Of a DNA stretch of 64,000 nucleotides, positions 27,343 through 39,869 are shown piece after piece. The notes beneath the pieces were generated by a model. That model was not told the DNA's origin. It worked only from the letters and a program-made list of their open reading frames with translations, and made no database searches. Position 1 is the first letter of the stretch, and each line of letters begins with the position of its first letter. The translations under genes were made by a program, and so were the position numbers. The DNA comes from the human T2T-CHM13v2.0 reference genome, Homo sapiens. The stretch lies in assembly GCF_009914755.1 (NCBI RefSeq), contig NC_060937.1; one strand, given 5' to 3'.

Positions 27343-28034
27343 GTAAGAGATGATTTCATGGGCTTGGTTTGTCACATTATTTATTTGGTACGTTTTATTA
27401 GAATTTTTCCCAAAGCACATTTCATCTAATTATAAAGCATTCTGTCAGATCTATATATTTTATAATATTGGTCATGTATCTTTAATCTTTGAAGGAAAAC
27501 TATTATATAACTTCAATACTGACATCATCGTAACAGGTTGACTGGTTCACAAAACAAGTTGCACAGCTATAGCTAAAGGGAACAGTACCAAAGACTAAAA
27601 ACACTACAGACAGCAAGTTCTATATTTAGACTTGACATGATATCACGGCCAGGGAAACATTTTACATAAGCATTTTTAAAGCATGCTTGAAAGTTTCTCT
27701 GACATGATATTAGTTAGAGAACCTCCTAGTGATAGCATGACATGATTCTTTGGTGCTAAATGTATGTAGTATGCTGCACATAAGCAACTGGCTGTATATA
27801 AGCAACTGGCTTACAAAAATAACTACATGGATATTAAGTAAAAAACCTGATGGAAAATCTTCAAATGAGTACATTCTTTCCCTAGGTAAAATGTGTTAAC
27901 CAATGTAGTTGTTCCAATAAATTCATTTCACTACATAATTACTTTTATTTGTAAAAACTTCTGTAATAGTCTTTCTACAGTAAATACACTTCTCCTAGGG
28001 ATGGGTATTGAACACAGTGTGTGAAAGGCAGTAT

Positions 28035-28387
28035 GCCATAAAAAGGAACAAGATCATATCCTTTGCAGGGATATGGATGGAGTTGGAAGCCATTATCCTC
28101 AACAAACTAATGCAGGAACAGAAGACCGAACACTGCATGTTCTCACTCATAAGTGAGAGCTGAATGATGAGAACACAGGGACACATAGTTGGCAACAACA
28201 CACACTGGGGCCTGTGGGAGAACGGAGGGCATCAAGCAAAATAGCTTATGGATCCTGGGCTCAATACCTAGGTGATGGGATGATATGTGCAGCAGACCAC
28301 CATCACACATGTTTACCTACATAACAAACCTGCACATCCTGCCCATGTACCCCCGAACTTAAAAGTTGAGTGGGGTGGCGGGGGAGG
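28035..28387 (+). mobile_element. L1PA (about PA10-15) 3' end, 5'-truncated
   Basis: GCCATAAAAAGGAACAAGATCAT...AACAAACCTGCACATCCTG...ACTTAAAAGTTG; TSD AGGCAGTATGCC. Confidence 0.9.
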
Positions 28388-29562
28388 AGGCAGTATGCCC
28401 AGAACTTTGGATAGAACAATGTGTAAGATGCCGTTAGTTGTATCTCTGAGGATTTTAATGTAATGAGGAAGAAGGACAACAATATATTGTGATTAAAATA
28501 GAATCTGATTCAAAGAGGTATGAAAGTACTAAAGAGGAAATATCTAACTCCTACAGGCAAACTATCTGGGTAGATTTTTCAAAGGACACATGCTCATCTT
28601 CATCTCTAATTCCCATATATGCCCCCTCCCACTTGAGGTTGGGTCAGACTCTTCCAAAGACAGCCTTCCCATGCCCAATATATTCTAACATCTCTCCCTC
28701 CTGCACTCATCAGAATCTCGGTGGTAGTGGAAGATTAGTTTAAAAAGTGCTTCCAGATCTTTCCTCTTTATGGACAACCAAACTTAATCTTGTTTTACTT
28801 TTAAATGGTGTGGTCTTGGTAATTTGTCATGTGTGTCTAGTGGTACATGTTGTGGCATGGGCTTAGGGGGAGTATGAGGAAAGTCCGAGGGATTTCTGCA
28901 GAAATTGTTCCAGATATTTTTCCTTTTTAATGACTTTAAAATAGAGATATTTGTCAATGTATTTGGGTAACTCAGGCAAAAATCTGGGAGACTTTGCTAA
29001 AGACCTCCTCAACTGTCTTTGCCCAGGCTTTCTGTACAGTTCTCCTGGCTGCTTTATTGTTTTCACTAATGGTTTGCGGTTAATTCCTAAGAAAGCCAAA
29101 AATAAATGCGCCAAAAGCCAACGAAACGAGCCTACATCTTAAAATTCAACCTAATGGCATAATGATGATGGTTCTACTTAAGCAAATATTAAAGACAAAA
29201 AAATTATTTATGTTGAGCCAAACCACTCCAACTATCCAAGGGATGGTAACATAATGAAGTGATCCTCATTGAATTCTGCTGAGGGTATCAACCTCACAGT
29301 CACGTATTCCCTCCTGACCACAGGGAATTACTATAACGATTTCCAGAGTTAATGCAAGATAGTTGTTAGAGTAAATCTTCTTAAAATCACAACAGACGCA
29401 GTCCAGCAGATTAATAGGACTCCTTGAAAAGAACCAATCCATAACTTGGTACAGAAGGATTTTATGAATATAAAGTCTAAATACTGCATCATGAAACAGT
29501 GCATTCAAGTATCAAGGCTCCATTTCTAAATCCTGAAGTGCTGATTGGCTCTCAGAGACATC

Positions 29563-29886
29563 ATTTATTATTTATTTTTGAGACAGGATCTTGCTTTGTC
29601 ACTATGCTAGGCTGGAGTGCCTTAGAGCCATCACAGTTCACTGCAGCCTCCACCTCCTGGGCTCAAGCAATCCTCTTACCTCAGCCTCCCAGAAAGCTAT
29701 GACTATAGATGCATACTACCACAACCAGCTAATTTTTCTTTCTTTCTTTTTTTTTTTTTTTTTTTTTGTAAAGACAGGGTATCCCTATGTTGCCCAGGCT
29801 GGTCTTCAAATCCTGGACATAAGCTGTCCTCCCACCTTAGCCTCCCACACTGCTGAGATTAGAGGCATGGGCCACTGCACTTGACC
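29563..29886 (-). mobile_element. AluJ
   Basis: CACTGCAGCCTCCACCTCCTGGGCTCAAGCAATCC; TSD AGACATCATTT. Confidence 0.9.
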
Positions 29887-29904
29887 CAAAGACATCATTT
29901 TAAA

Positions 29905-30280
29905 ACCAACTTGATTGAGGTATAACTTAGATTCAAAATTTTCACTTATTGTAAGTGTACAATCCAGTGACTTTTAGTACATTTACAGAATTGTTCAAGT
30001 ACCACCACTATCCTGTTTTAGCACATTTCCATCACCTGAAAAAGTTTCTCCTTATTTGTTTAAGGAAAGGACCCACTGCCACTTCCCATCCTAGGCAACT
30101 GCTGATCTGCTTGTATCTCTATAAATTTGCCTTTTCTGGACATTTGATATAAATGGAACCACGCAGCGTGTAGTCTTTTGTGTCTGCCTTTTTTGACATA
30201 GTGCATTGTGTTTTAGCTTCATACACGTTACAGCATATGCCAGTTGTTTGTTTTTATTGCTGTATAGTATTCCATAACTG
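29905..30280 (-). mobile_element. L1MB 3' end
   Basis: TTGAGGTATAAC...AAGTGTACAATCCAGTGACTTTTAGTACATTTACAGAATTGT...CTGGACATTTGATATAAATGGAA. Confidence 0.85.
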
Positions 30281-30579
30281 TTGTAGAGTTATATATGTAT
30301 GGAATCTCACGTGTGGAATGTATAAACATCTTGTGTACACATTTTACAATTCTTAGTGTTCGTCCATCAGGTAAAAATGAGCTACGTGTTCATGAGCCCT
30401 GGCACTGCTGGAAAATTGTTGCCATAAATGGTCATAAAAACAGACTCATGCCATGTCATGCTCAACATCATTCTCAACATCTCCACAGAATTTGCAATTG
30501 AGTTTTAAAATGGAGTCTCAATTGCCTTTGGAAAATAAGAATCTATTAACTAAGATTTTTGTTTGTTTTCTTTGGATAG

Positions 30580-30740
30580 GTCACATATTATTTACTTAAG
30601 ACACGTATATCTGATGAACCTGCTAACATCCAGATTATAGTTTTCAGAGACAAATATTAAACGGATGGATTTGAAGAAATTCAGAAATTAAGAAAAGCTT
30701 GGAGCTTCTAGTCTACCTGGGTTCCTGAGGACTGGACATT
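30580..30740 (+). other. Candidate exon (acceptor clear, donor uncertain; TYYLLKTRISDEPANIQI)
   Basis: Acceptor TTTTGTTTGTTTTCTTTGGATAG; possible donor ATT|GTAAAT; in-frame stops. Confidence 0.25.
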
Positions 30741-31364
30741 GTAAATTTTCTGAGGACCCTGATGCCTTAGGAGTGTGGAATTATCAAGAGAAAGTGTGGC
30801 ATGCGTGGGACGTTAAAGACACCATGGTGTTTCACTTGGGAATATGGGACAAGGCTCTGGCCAAAGGCACAAAGCACCCCAAGAGACAGAACCTGGTGGA
30901 ATGTTAATAAAATAAATAACACAACAATGAAACAACTAGGAAAAAAGCTTGTAAGCATATTGTTGGGTGAAAGGAGTATAAATTCTAGTTTATGTTTTGG
31001 CTAGAAGGGGGCAGGGTAAAAAAGTGATTCTTATTTTCCCCATATTTCTCTTTTTTCTAATTAGTTACAGATGTTTTTATTATAACATTTAAGTAATTAA
31101 GGAGAACTCTTTGAGTACAGAAAATAGTCAAATGAGGCAATTTGCTCCAATTTTAAAAAGAGTTTGGGAAGTGGAAGTCAGAAAATGTGGATTTCAGCTT
31201 TGCATTTTATTGGTGAGCTTCCTTTTAAACTTCTGTCATCCCATGTGTGAAATAATAGTAAAATCTATCTTATATTTTTTGGTATAGTTTTGGATGTACT
31301 CAAATAAAATAATACACAAGACTCTTAGTTTAGTCTGAAGTAGAGCTAAAACTTATTGGCCTTT

Positions 31365-31590
31365 GTTCATCCATTCATTTATTCAACAAACGTTTATTAA
31401 GGTTGTGCCACATGTTGAGCATTGTGGAATATAGTGTAAGATGGACCTTATTTCTTCTAAGGACTATAGTGTTATGGGGGAGACAGTTAATAATTACACA
31501 AATAGCAATATAATTACTATTATGGTAGGTGGTATAAAGAAAAAGTTCAAAGAACTTATATGACAGGGAGATCAAACCTTGGCTAGGGCT
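31365..31590 (-). mobile_element. L2 3' end
   Basis: TTCATCCATTCATTTATTCAACAAACGTTTATTAAG. Confidence 0.75.
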
Positions 31591-33134
31591 TTGCCAACAG
31601 TGTCTTCCAATTCTTTCAAGAACACTGCATAGTACTGCATAACACAGTAGTAGATAACACCTCCATTTTATAGATAAAAAGACTGAGACTTAGAGAGATG
31701 TGTTGGCTTCATTTCTTTTCTCCTTAACAGTGCTTTTCTTATATCCCCTGCACCATGCTGGACTTAGAATTAGGAGCTCTTGAATGCTTTTTTGTTGATT
31801 TATTTCGTGAATGGTTGTGGTATTCCTAATCCTCAGAAAACTTACAGGACTAAAGACTGCTTGCTCTCGTAATCTGAAAAAAGGACCTGGAGTTACAAAG
31901 GGAAGTAACTGTTTCCCAATTTGACCATTAAAAAATTCCTAAACAAAGCATCCTTGTTTAGTGCCATATCACAAGACTATTTCCTAGAATCCTTGGGAAG
32001 AAATATCCATAGTTCAGAGTTTAGTGGATTGAGAAAAAGAATATAGTGCTCTGTAGGGAGATTCAGGATAATGTACCAATGAATGTGTGATCTGAAAGTA
32101 GGGATTCATCTCCTTGAATACTAAATGATACATTTAACATTGGTGTCATTTACTGCACGTGTGTGCAGGCAAGTATTGAGGAAGCTGCAGTAGTTTTCAG
32201 CCTCAGTTGGCCGTATGTAAATGATAAAAGGTGATAGAATCTGGAGAGAAAATGGCAAGGCAACATTTCATTCTGTGTGTCCCTTTGAGGTGGGAAAGTT
32301 TAGGATTAAGGTAGGATGATAAGATAAAAAGGGGCACAAACTTCTCTCACCCCTATTTATGCTTAGAAAAGTACAGCTTCCTTATAATTCAAAGTGCATT
32401 GAAAACTTTCACGTGGCCCATAATTTAGATAAGAAAAATCAATTTCTGTCTGAGCTCTTTTCAGTAATCTATCTGCTTCTGAGTTCCATTGGGGGTGGTG
32501 GCACTGTTGCTTCCTGCAGGCATAGTGTACTTTAGAGAGATCCTGACCTTGTGACCCTGGAGCTCAGGGAGCTGAATGAGAAAAGCAAGAAAACAGTGCT
32601 GGACTCAGAAGTAGGGAGATGCCAGATGTCTTTCTTGGACCAGGGGGTCAAGGTCAAGTTCTATAAGGAGAAAAGGACTTGGATGGAAAATGAAGTGAGC
32701 CAAGAGAAAAGAAGAGAGGCACAAGTAGAATTATCCTTCGATAATTGGATGTCAGACAGAGCTCAGGTCTCAAATTCTTCAGACGTGGGGCAGATGGGCT
32801 GTCTGGGACATTACAGTTACCTCTAAGATACAATGCCACTTTCCTGCCAGAATTTTGGTTTTGCCATTACTTGAAATAGGTGGCTGATCGGACAATCCAG
32901 TGCCTCAGACAGACATGTTCAGATAGAGGCAAACCTTCCACAGTATGGAATCTGAAACTATCTCTTCATGTGAGGAATCATACTACAGAGACTCTTTAGT
33001 GGCAGGAAAAAAAAATAAACTCTGAGTGTCTCATTTATTGGCAATTAGTATCATTGGAAATATGATTTATAACAGCAAAATGGAAAAATAGAAATTATTT
33101 GTGTTCTCTTGCTCCCTGTCCTTGACTTGGCATC

Positions 33135-33272
33135 CTTGAACCATGCAGTCAGTGAATCCCTCAAATTCCATGCTAAAATTTGTTTATGTGAACATTTTTC
33201 TGGGGATATAGATGGTACATAGCTATAATCAGTTTCTCAAATGGTCTGTTACCTAAAACAGTTTAAGAGCCA
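33135..33272 (-). mobile_element. Charlie4z-like hAT fragment
   Basis: CATTTTTCTGGGGA...CATAGCTATAATCAGTTTCTCAAATGGTCTGTTACC...TTAAGAGCCA. Confidence 0.6.
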
Positions 33273-33289
33273 ATCTTATTCTATTTGTT

Positions 33290-33973
33290 TCCATTCTTGA
33301 CCCACTTTCCTTCTTACTCTACATATTTTCTTTGGAAAATATCCACTTTCATAGCTTCATGGCTTCAACTACTCTCTGTGTGCTATGACTGATGTCTGTA
33401 TTAACCTCCAACTCTTTCCCTACTTAGCAAACTCTGGATCTGATTGTATAACTACCTTACAGATATTTCTATTTGCATGTTCCTTAGACACTTTCTACAC
33501 TTCACATCCTCAGTTGAACATTTAATCTCATAAGTGTTCCTCCTCCTGGTTGTGCCATCCTGGTGAGTGGGGTCATCACCCAAATAGCTTCCCAGTTTCT
33601 TCTTCCCACTCTCTGTCCATATTTAGTGGTCAGCAAAGCCAGTCAATGATCTTTCACAAGTACCTCTCATACATGTTCCCTCCTCCATATCCCCCAGCCA
33701 CCCCCTTGTTTTGAGCCCTTCTTTTGTCTTGCTTAGACTCTTTCAGGAGCATTCCAACTGCTCTCGACACTGCAAGGCTTGCTTCTACCAGCCCATCCCC
33801 ACCCTACTGCCAACACGATCCCCTGCTTTAAAACCAGTGCCTGGTTGAGCTCACACCCGTAATCCCAATACTTTGTGAGGCCAAGGCAGGAGGCTTGATT
33901 GAGCACAGGAGTTCAAAACCAGCCTGGGCAATATAGCAAGGTCCCCCTCTTTAACATCGCCCCCCATCCCCCA

Positions 33974-34004
<31 letters not shown>

Positions 34005-34752
34005 CCTGGCATGGTGGTACACATCTGTAGTTTCACCTAACTGAGAAGCTAAAGTGGGAGGATTGCTTAAGCCCAGGAGGTTGAAGCTGCAGTGAGCCAT
34101 GATCAAGCCACTGCACTTAGCCTGGGCAACAGCGTGAGACCCTGTCTCTTTAAAAACAACAACAACAAAAAACAAAAAAACAACAAAAAACTAAAACATA
34201 AAACATACGCTGCTTCCCATTGCCTGGGATAAAGGCTAAATCCTGATACACATAGGACTGCTACACAGTGTGGCCCCGTGGCCTCAGCCTCAGCTTCTCT
34301 CTCTGGCTCATCTGTGGCCATGCCTTACCAGGCAGTGAGTTCCAGCTAATCCAAATGTCTCTCAGTTCCCAAACTTGTCATTCCTTTTCATATGTCTGTG
34401 CTTTTGGAAAGGCCAAAGAATTTCCAGCTTATTATCTTGTTATGCATTCTCTTCTCTATGTTTAGAATTTTCCCCACCCAGAGCCCCTTATCCTGCCTTT
34501 TTTCTTTCCTGGACTACTATTTAACCCACAGGGCCATTCAGCTGTCACCTCTTTTGCACCACCCACACTCCCATCCCCAAGTGAAGGTAGGATTTCCTCT
34601 CTGTGTATTTCTCAAGCTCCCCTTCTTCTGTGGATACTTGTTTACTTGTCATTCTCATGTGGGCTCCTGGAGGCCATGGCATTTTATATATCTGGTACCT
34701 AGCACAGTGCCTGGCATATAGTAGGTTCTCAATAAATACTGAATAAATGAAT
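33290..34752 (+). mobile_element. L2 (L2a-like) interrupted by AluJ
   Basis: Ends CCTAGCACAGTGCCTGGCATATAGTAGGTTCTCAATAAATACTGAATAAATGAAT. Confidence 0.85.
33842..34200 (+). mobile_element. AluJ with a (CA)n microsatellite in the middle linker
   Basis: GGAGGATTGCTTAAGCCCAGGAGGTTGAAGCTGCAGTGAGCCATGATC; (CA)n at about 33974-33999. Confidence 0.9.
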
Positions 34753-35112
34753 AACAAAGTTTGCAAAGAGAATAGTAGCTTTCAGCTTGCCTTGCTAATT
34801 TTACTAATGAAGAAGTTGAAACCTAGTGGAACTAGGAGAATTACATAATGATAGGTTGGTTCTGGCATAGAACCAAGGTGTTTTGAGTCGTCGTTGAATG
34901 TTCATTCCACAATGCAGCATGGTATGATAAATTTGATGGTCTTCTAAGGAAGGAATCTTTGGTTTTAGCAACAAAATGTAACTTAGGATGACAAGAAGAA
35001 GTATTGGTGAAAAAAGAGAAAAAAAGCAGTTGATTTTATTTCACAGAAGTTATCATATTATTTTATTAATCTTTGCATCCAAGGCAAACAAAGTATGAAA
35101 GTGCTGGGAAGA

Positions 35113-35403
35113 GGCTGGGCACGGTGGCTCGTGCCTGTAATCCCAGCACTTTGGGAGGTCAAGGCGGGGGGGATCACTGGAGGTCAGGAGTTCGAGACCA
35201 GCCTGCCCAACATGGTAGAACCTCGTCTCTACTAAATTAGTCAGGCATAGTGACATATGCCTGTAATCTCAGCTACTTGGGAGGCTGAGGCAGGAGAATC
35301 CCTTGAACTGGGAGGTATAGGTTGCAGTGAGCCGAGATTGTGCCACTGTACTCCAGCCTGGGAGACAGAGCAAGACTCTGTCTCAAAAAAAAAAAAAAAA
35401 AAA
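35113..35403 (+). mobile_element. AluS with a shortened linker
   Basis: Full dimer with A-tail; TSD AAGTGCTGGGAAGA. Confidence 0.95.
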
Positions 35404-36832
35404 GGAAGTGCTGGGAAGAGAGCAGTAATGCCAACCCCAGAGAATGACACTTTAGAAGAAAGAAATGATAGCACGTTACCTAAACTGATTAGTTAGTACT
35501 GGGCAATTTGGAAAGATTTCTTCCCTTAAGCTCTAAAGTAAGTAATTGAGGTGTGGAAACTTCACAGATCTCTGGGGATCAATGCTTGCCTTGAGGGACT
35601 GGCAGTGAGAGGAACGGGGAAGCAATATTTCTTTTGAAAGGGAGCCAAACACATGTTTCATTGTTCTGGGTTCCCTGTTTAAGACCAAGTGACTTTTGAT
35701 TGAGAATATTCTGTTCTGGAGGGAACCTGTAGTGTTTGCTTATCTTTTTATGAAAATTTTAGATACACAGAACTAAAAAGTCTGGAAAGAAAAACTAAGA
35801 TTAATATTGTGTTCCCCAAAATAAGACACTAAGAGTTACGGTGCACGTTGTGGAAAAGAAAAGATGAAATTTAGAATATTTATTTTATTTAGAGTGGAAA
35901 CAACTACAAATGATAGTAATTTGCTAAGGAAATAATCATTCTAAATAACACATCTCTTTCAACAGAATCTGTCTACCTCACCTTGCTAAATTGAGAGAGA
36001 TACAGATTACATGGGAGAAATACACTTTATAACTAAGAGATAGATTTTAGGAATTATAAATTAATTTTAAAGCATACAGACTTGGAAGATGATGAATTTT
36101 AGCACCGTCAGTTCAGTTGCCTTTAGAGGTAGGCAGGGGCATGGCGAATTCACATCAGGGGACCTGCTGCTGCCCTTGAGGAGGATAGAGAGAGGAAGGG
36201 ATCTAAGAGGAACCATGCTGGGCATGGAGGTGGCAGAAGCAACCAAACTGAGAGCCCAAAAAGAGTAGAAGTAGGTCTAAGTTGAGAGCTGAAAGCAGAG
36301 ATGCCAACCCATTTTCAGCAGGAAGGAAGAACAGACTGGAAAGAGTGGAGAGAGCGTGTTTATGAGAATTATTATTGGGAACAATTTCAGAATGGATAGG
36401 TCTGCTGTACTCTTTACTGTATTTATAGCAGAGCTTTGATGAGATGATAGCAGAATCAGAATTGACTTTCACTCAGTCGTGTTTTACAGCGAAATTCTTG
36501 TGCATTTCCTAAAATCATCACTAAGAATAATAAATTCTGGTGCAACTACCAGCTCCATTACTTCTTGAACAACTGCTCTTAGCAGTCAGGGCAGCTATAC
36601 TAACCCCACAAGTCCAATAAGCTCAGCTTGAGTTTGCGGAGTACCACTTTCTTTTAGATTATTCATCCTAGAGTTTCCGTTGACTTCATTTAGTGACTGT
36701 GTTGCCCAACAGTCCCATATACTGCTTTTTTTTTATGATCTGGAAGTTTCGTCTTCTTTTTTCTACTCCCCACAATCTAAATTTATTCCCTTTGTTTTCA
36801 TTTTTTAAATACCTTTCTCTCTACTTTTTAAG

Positions 36833-36964
36833 AGACCAGCCTGGATCTGACAAAGTATTCCATCAGTTTGTGATGTCTGACCCATCCCAGAAAATGCATT
36901 GGTATTTTAAAAATGACCTGTTGGAAATATACCACTTTAAGGAAGGAGGACCATCATGGTTCAG
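36833..36964 (+). other. Candidate exon (132 bp; DQPGSDKVFHQFVMSDPSQKMHWYFKNDLLEIYHFK, then GRRTIMVQ in the -1 frame)
   Basis: Acceptor CCTTTCTCTCTACTTTTTAAG, donor CAG|GTATCA, open frame; resembles a tensin-type C2 domain. Confidence 0.45.
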
Positions 36965-38029
36965 GTATCATGGAGGCAGATAGGTGGGTGCTTTGGGACT
37001 AGAACCTAAGGAAATGTTAGAGAGACAGGAGGCCTTCCTGAAGCATTTTTAAAATGCAGAATTCCAGTAAGAATTATAAGGAGATAATATGTGTGAAGAG
37101 TTTGGGTACCTTACGTGGAAAGTCCTAGTCAAAATCTAAATATTAGTATTCCTGTCATTATAGAGTCCCAGAGCAGGGAGGCACTGAGGAATTTGCAATT
37201 GAATATCCTCCTCCAGGCCCTTTAGCACCTTCTAAAGATTTCATAAATCAGGGAATATGCCACGGTTTGCTGAAGGGATAAGTGTTTGAGAGGTGATGAA
37301 GTTTACTTGGAGAATTTAGAGTTCAGTTTTATTTGAACTAAAGCGTGAATGGACCCACAGTACTGAGGATCCTTCTGGGCCTGTTTAAATAGTAGCTCCA
37401 ATTCCCTTTTTGAACAGTTTGCATGTCAGCCAGTGAGTGCTACAAATGCTGATCTGTACTGCATGAGAGCCTCTCCTGGGACAGGGCATGGTACAAACTT
37501 CTTGCAACCTAATCCTTCAAGCACCAGCTCAAGTCACACGCCTGCCATGAAGTTTTTCTTGACAACTCCAGGGCCTGCCGATATTTCTCTCCTTTGAACT
37601 CATACGCACTTGTCGAGATTGCACTATTAATTTAACCTTTCGTGTTTGTGTAGCAAGGTGGAAAATTTTATCCAACAGAAATTCTGGGGGCTGCTGCTTC
37701 TTGGGAAAAGAATGATTTTTTAAGTGGCTGTCTGGCAAGAAAGGTCACTTGTGGAGAACAGAGTGGGTGAAGGCAGGCTGTGAACTGGCTCTGGGAGGAC
37801 AAAGAAGGAATAACACAGAGAACACTGCATGTGGGTGAGAGGACTCCATGAAAGAGGGGGTGAGGAAGAAAATGCAAGTGACTTTTCTCAGTGTGGGCTT
37901 TTAGGGAGAGGAATAAATGGCTATCTGAAAATAATGAGCAGGAATGTTTTTTAGTTTTTTGGCATGGTGCTGCATAAACATTCCATAACCAGTATCTAGT
38001 TTAGTCTTAGGGCGACTCTCACTTTTCTT

Positions 38030-38250
38030 TTCATTTGTTCATTTATTCATGTAAACATGTGTTGCATATTTATTGACTTCCTATTATGAGCCAGGCACTG
38101 TTTTAGGTCTGGACATTTAGCAGTCAATAAGACAGATAGATATTCTAGTAGGAGAGACAGACAGTAAGTAAAGTGGAAACAGATGAGATAATGTCAAATA
38201 TTATTAGTGCTCTGATGAAAATAGAACAGGAACATGTGGTGGAGAGTGAC
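38030..38250 (-). mobile_element. L2 3' end
   Basis: TTCATTTATTCA...TATTTATTGA...CTATTATGAGCCAGGCACTGTTTTAGG. Confidence 0.75.
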
Positions 38251-38454
38251 TTTGTCTAGCTTTTATGAGGGGCACACATAAAAATATGTGGCTTACTATC
38301 CCCAAGTAGACTTGAACTACCCAGGACCATGCCTTACACATCTTGATCTTCTCCATTTTTCCCACAAACTACCTTAGGCCTTCCTAGGTACTCGACATTT
38401 CAAATATATCAATGAGTTCAAGAATAGAGTTTTGTAATGAGACCATTGATTTCA

Positions 38455-38630
38455 TAGGATTTCTTAGCCTTTTTTTTTGGTGCCCCGATGATTTTTTTAA
38501 CAGTTTGTTGAGACCCATAGTCTCTATTCAGAATAATATTTTGTGTATGCATAAAACATAAAACATAATATGTCTATGGAAACTAATCATATATAGTCTA
38601 CAGTTCTCTGATCCCAGGCTGATAACCACT
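38455..38630 (+). mobile_element. Charlie4a-like hAT fragment
   Basis: TTCTTAGCCTTTTT...TCAGAATAAT...ATGCATAAAACATAAAACATA...GGAAACTAAT. Confidence 0.5.
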
Positions 38631-39424
38631 AAAAGATAATACAATAATTTTTCATAGGAAATATTGTGATGGGGAAATTAAGCTTTGAGGATTATAGCTC
38701 TTTTATTCTACAGTGCAGACTAAATTGAGCACAAATGACAAAAGCAAACTATGTTGACATTTAGGGGAAAAGGGTTGCCAACAAGTCTTTAGGACTTACC
38801 CATCAGGTGAAACTGAACATAAATTTAATGTAGCTGGTAAAACAGAAGACAGTACAGGTCAATTCACTGGTTTGGTATTCCCCTAGCTGAGAGCTCTTGG
38901 GCACTGGGTTAGAACATGAGGTAGACACCTGGGAGGGTAATCAACTTACTGGAAATAATTGCAATGACACAGATTGAGAAGGAGGTGAGCTACAAGGCCC
39001 AGGCAGGATGGAGCTTGCCTAGAGCTTGTCTACAAAGGACCCACTCAATGTGGCCAAAGCTGCACAAAGGCATCAGGTCAGCAGGGGATAAAAACCAGAC
39101 CCCAAATTAGGGAAGTGAGGATCAGTGCCAGGGTCCAGAGGCCATGATGAAAGATTCAAGTCAGAAGTCTCTAGGCTTTCCCAGAAGTCCAATTTTACAT
39201 GAAATTCCTTTTTAAATTATAGACCATTCAGAAGCAAGTCTAGTTTTTCCATGGAGTTGTGCAATTGAATAGGGTTTCCTCTTTAGTTTTTACTTGGGTG
39301 ATTTAACAACGCATAGGATAGCAACAAAGCCACATGCCTGAGGCTTCTGATTCTCAGAAAGCAAGTAAGAGCCTGCAGCACAGTGGCTGCCACCATTTAC
39401 TTTGTTCTTTCCATCATTTTCTAG

Positions 39425-39514
39425 TTTCATATGGCCTATCTTCCACTGGACACGCTCCACAATGACCTTACACTCGACATATCCGCCGATCTTATCGTCG
39501 TCTACCTTTCCTTT
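39425..39514 (+). other. Candidate exon (90 bp; FHMAYLPLDTLHNDLTLDISADLIVVYLSF)
   Basis: Strong acceptor TTTACTTTGTTCTTTCCATCATTTTCTAG, weak donor TTT|GTTGGT; 6 CpGs in a CpG-poor region. Confidence 0.45.
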
Positions 39515-39869
39515 GTTGGTTTATGATAACGTTCTTTTCTAAGTTACATTAATTCAAAAACAATGGAGCTTTTTAACTTTTTTCTTCATGGCTTGCCATA
39601 TGTAAACAATCATGCAAGCTCTATGGATCATACATTTGAAACTGATCTCTTCTTTCTTCGAAAGCAGCAGTTCCTGAGCAGAACATTATTACCTCATTTC
39701 AAGATTTCTTCCTAAATCTTGTGACAGAGGTTCTATGTTCTTGCATCTTTCATTAAAATCCTTCATTCTCTACCCTTAAACCCCATACTCTCCCTTTCAA
39801 GAAACCAAGTACAAAGCACCTCACATGATGTTTATGATTCTTTATATTAATTTATATTTTTCTAGCTAT

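Noticed and set aside
32536-32826. 97-codon purine-rich open frame
   Set aside because: No convincing splice context or homology; may be a CR1/L3 relic but I cannot support that.
39425-39552. Frame SYGLSSTGHAPQ*PYTRHIRRSYRRL with an in-frame TGA (selenocysteine or readthrough idea)
   Set aside because: No SECIS or TGA-CTAG context seen; another frame fits the neighbouring exon better. It does place the CpGs in Arg codons, so it remains an alternative ancestral frame.
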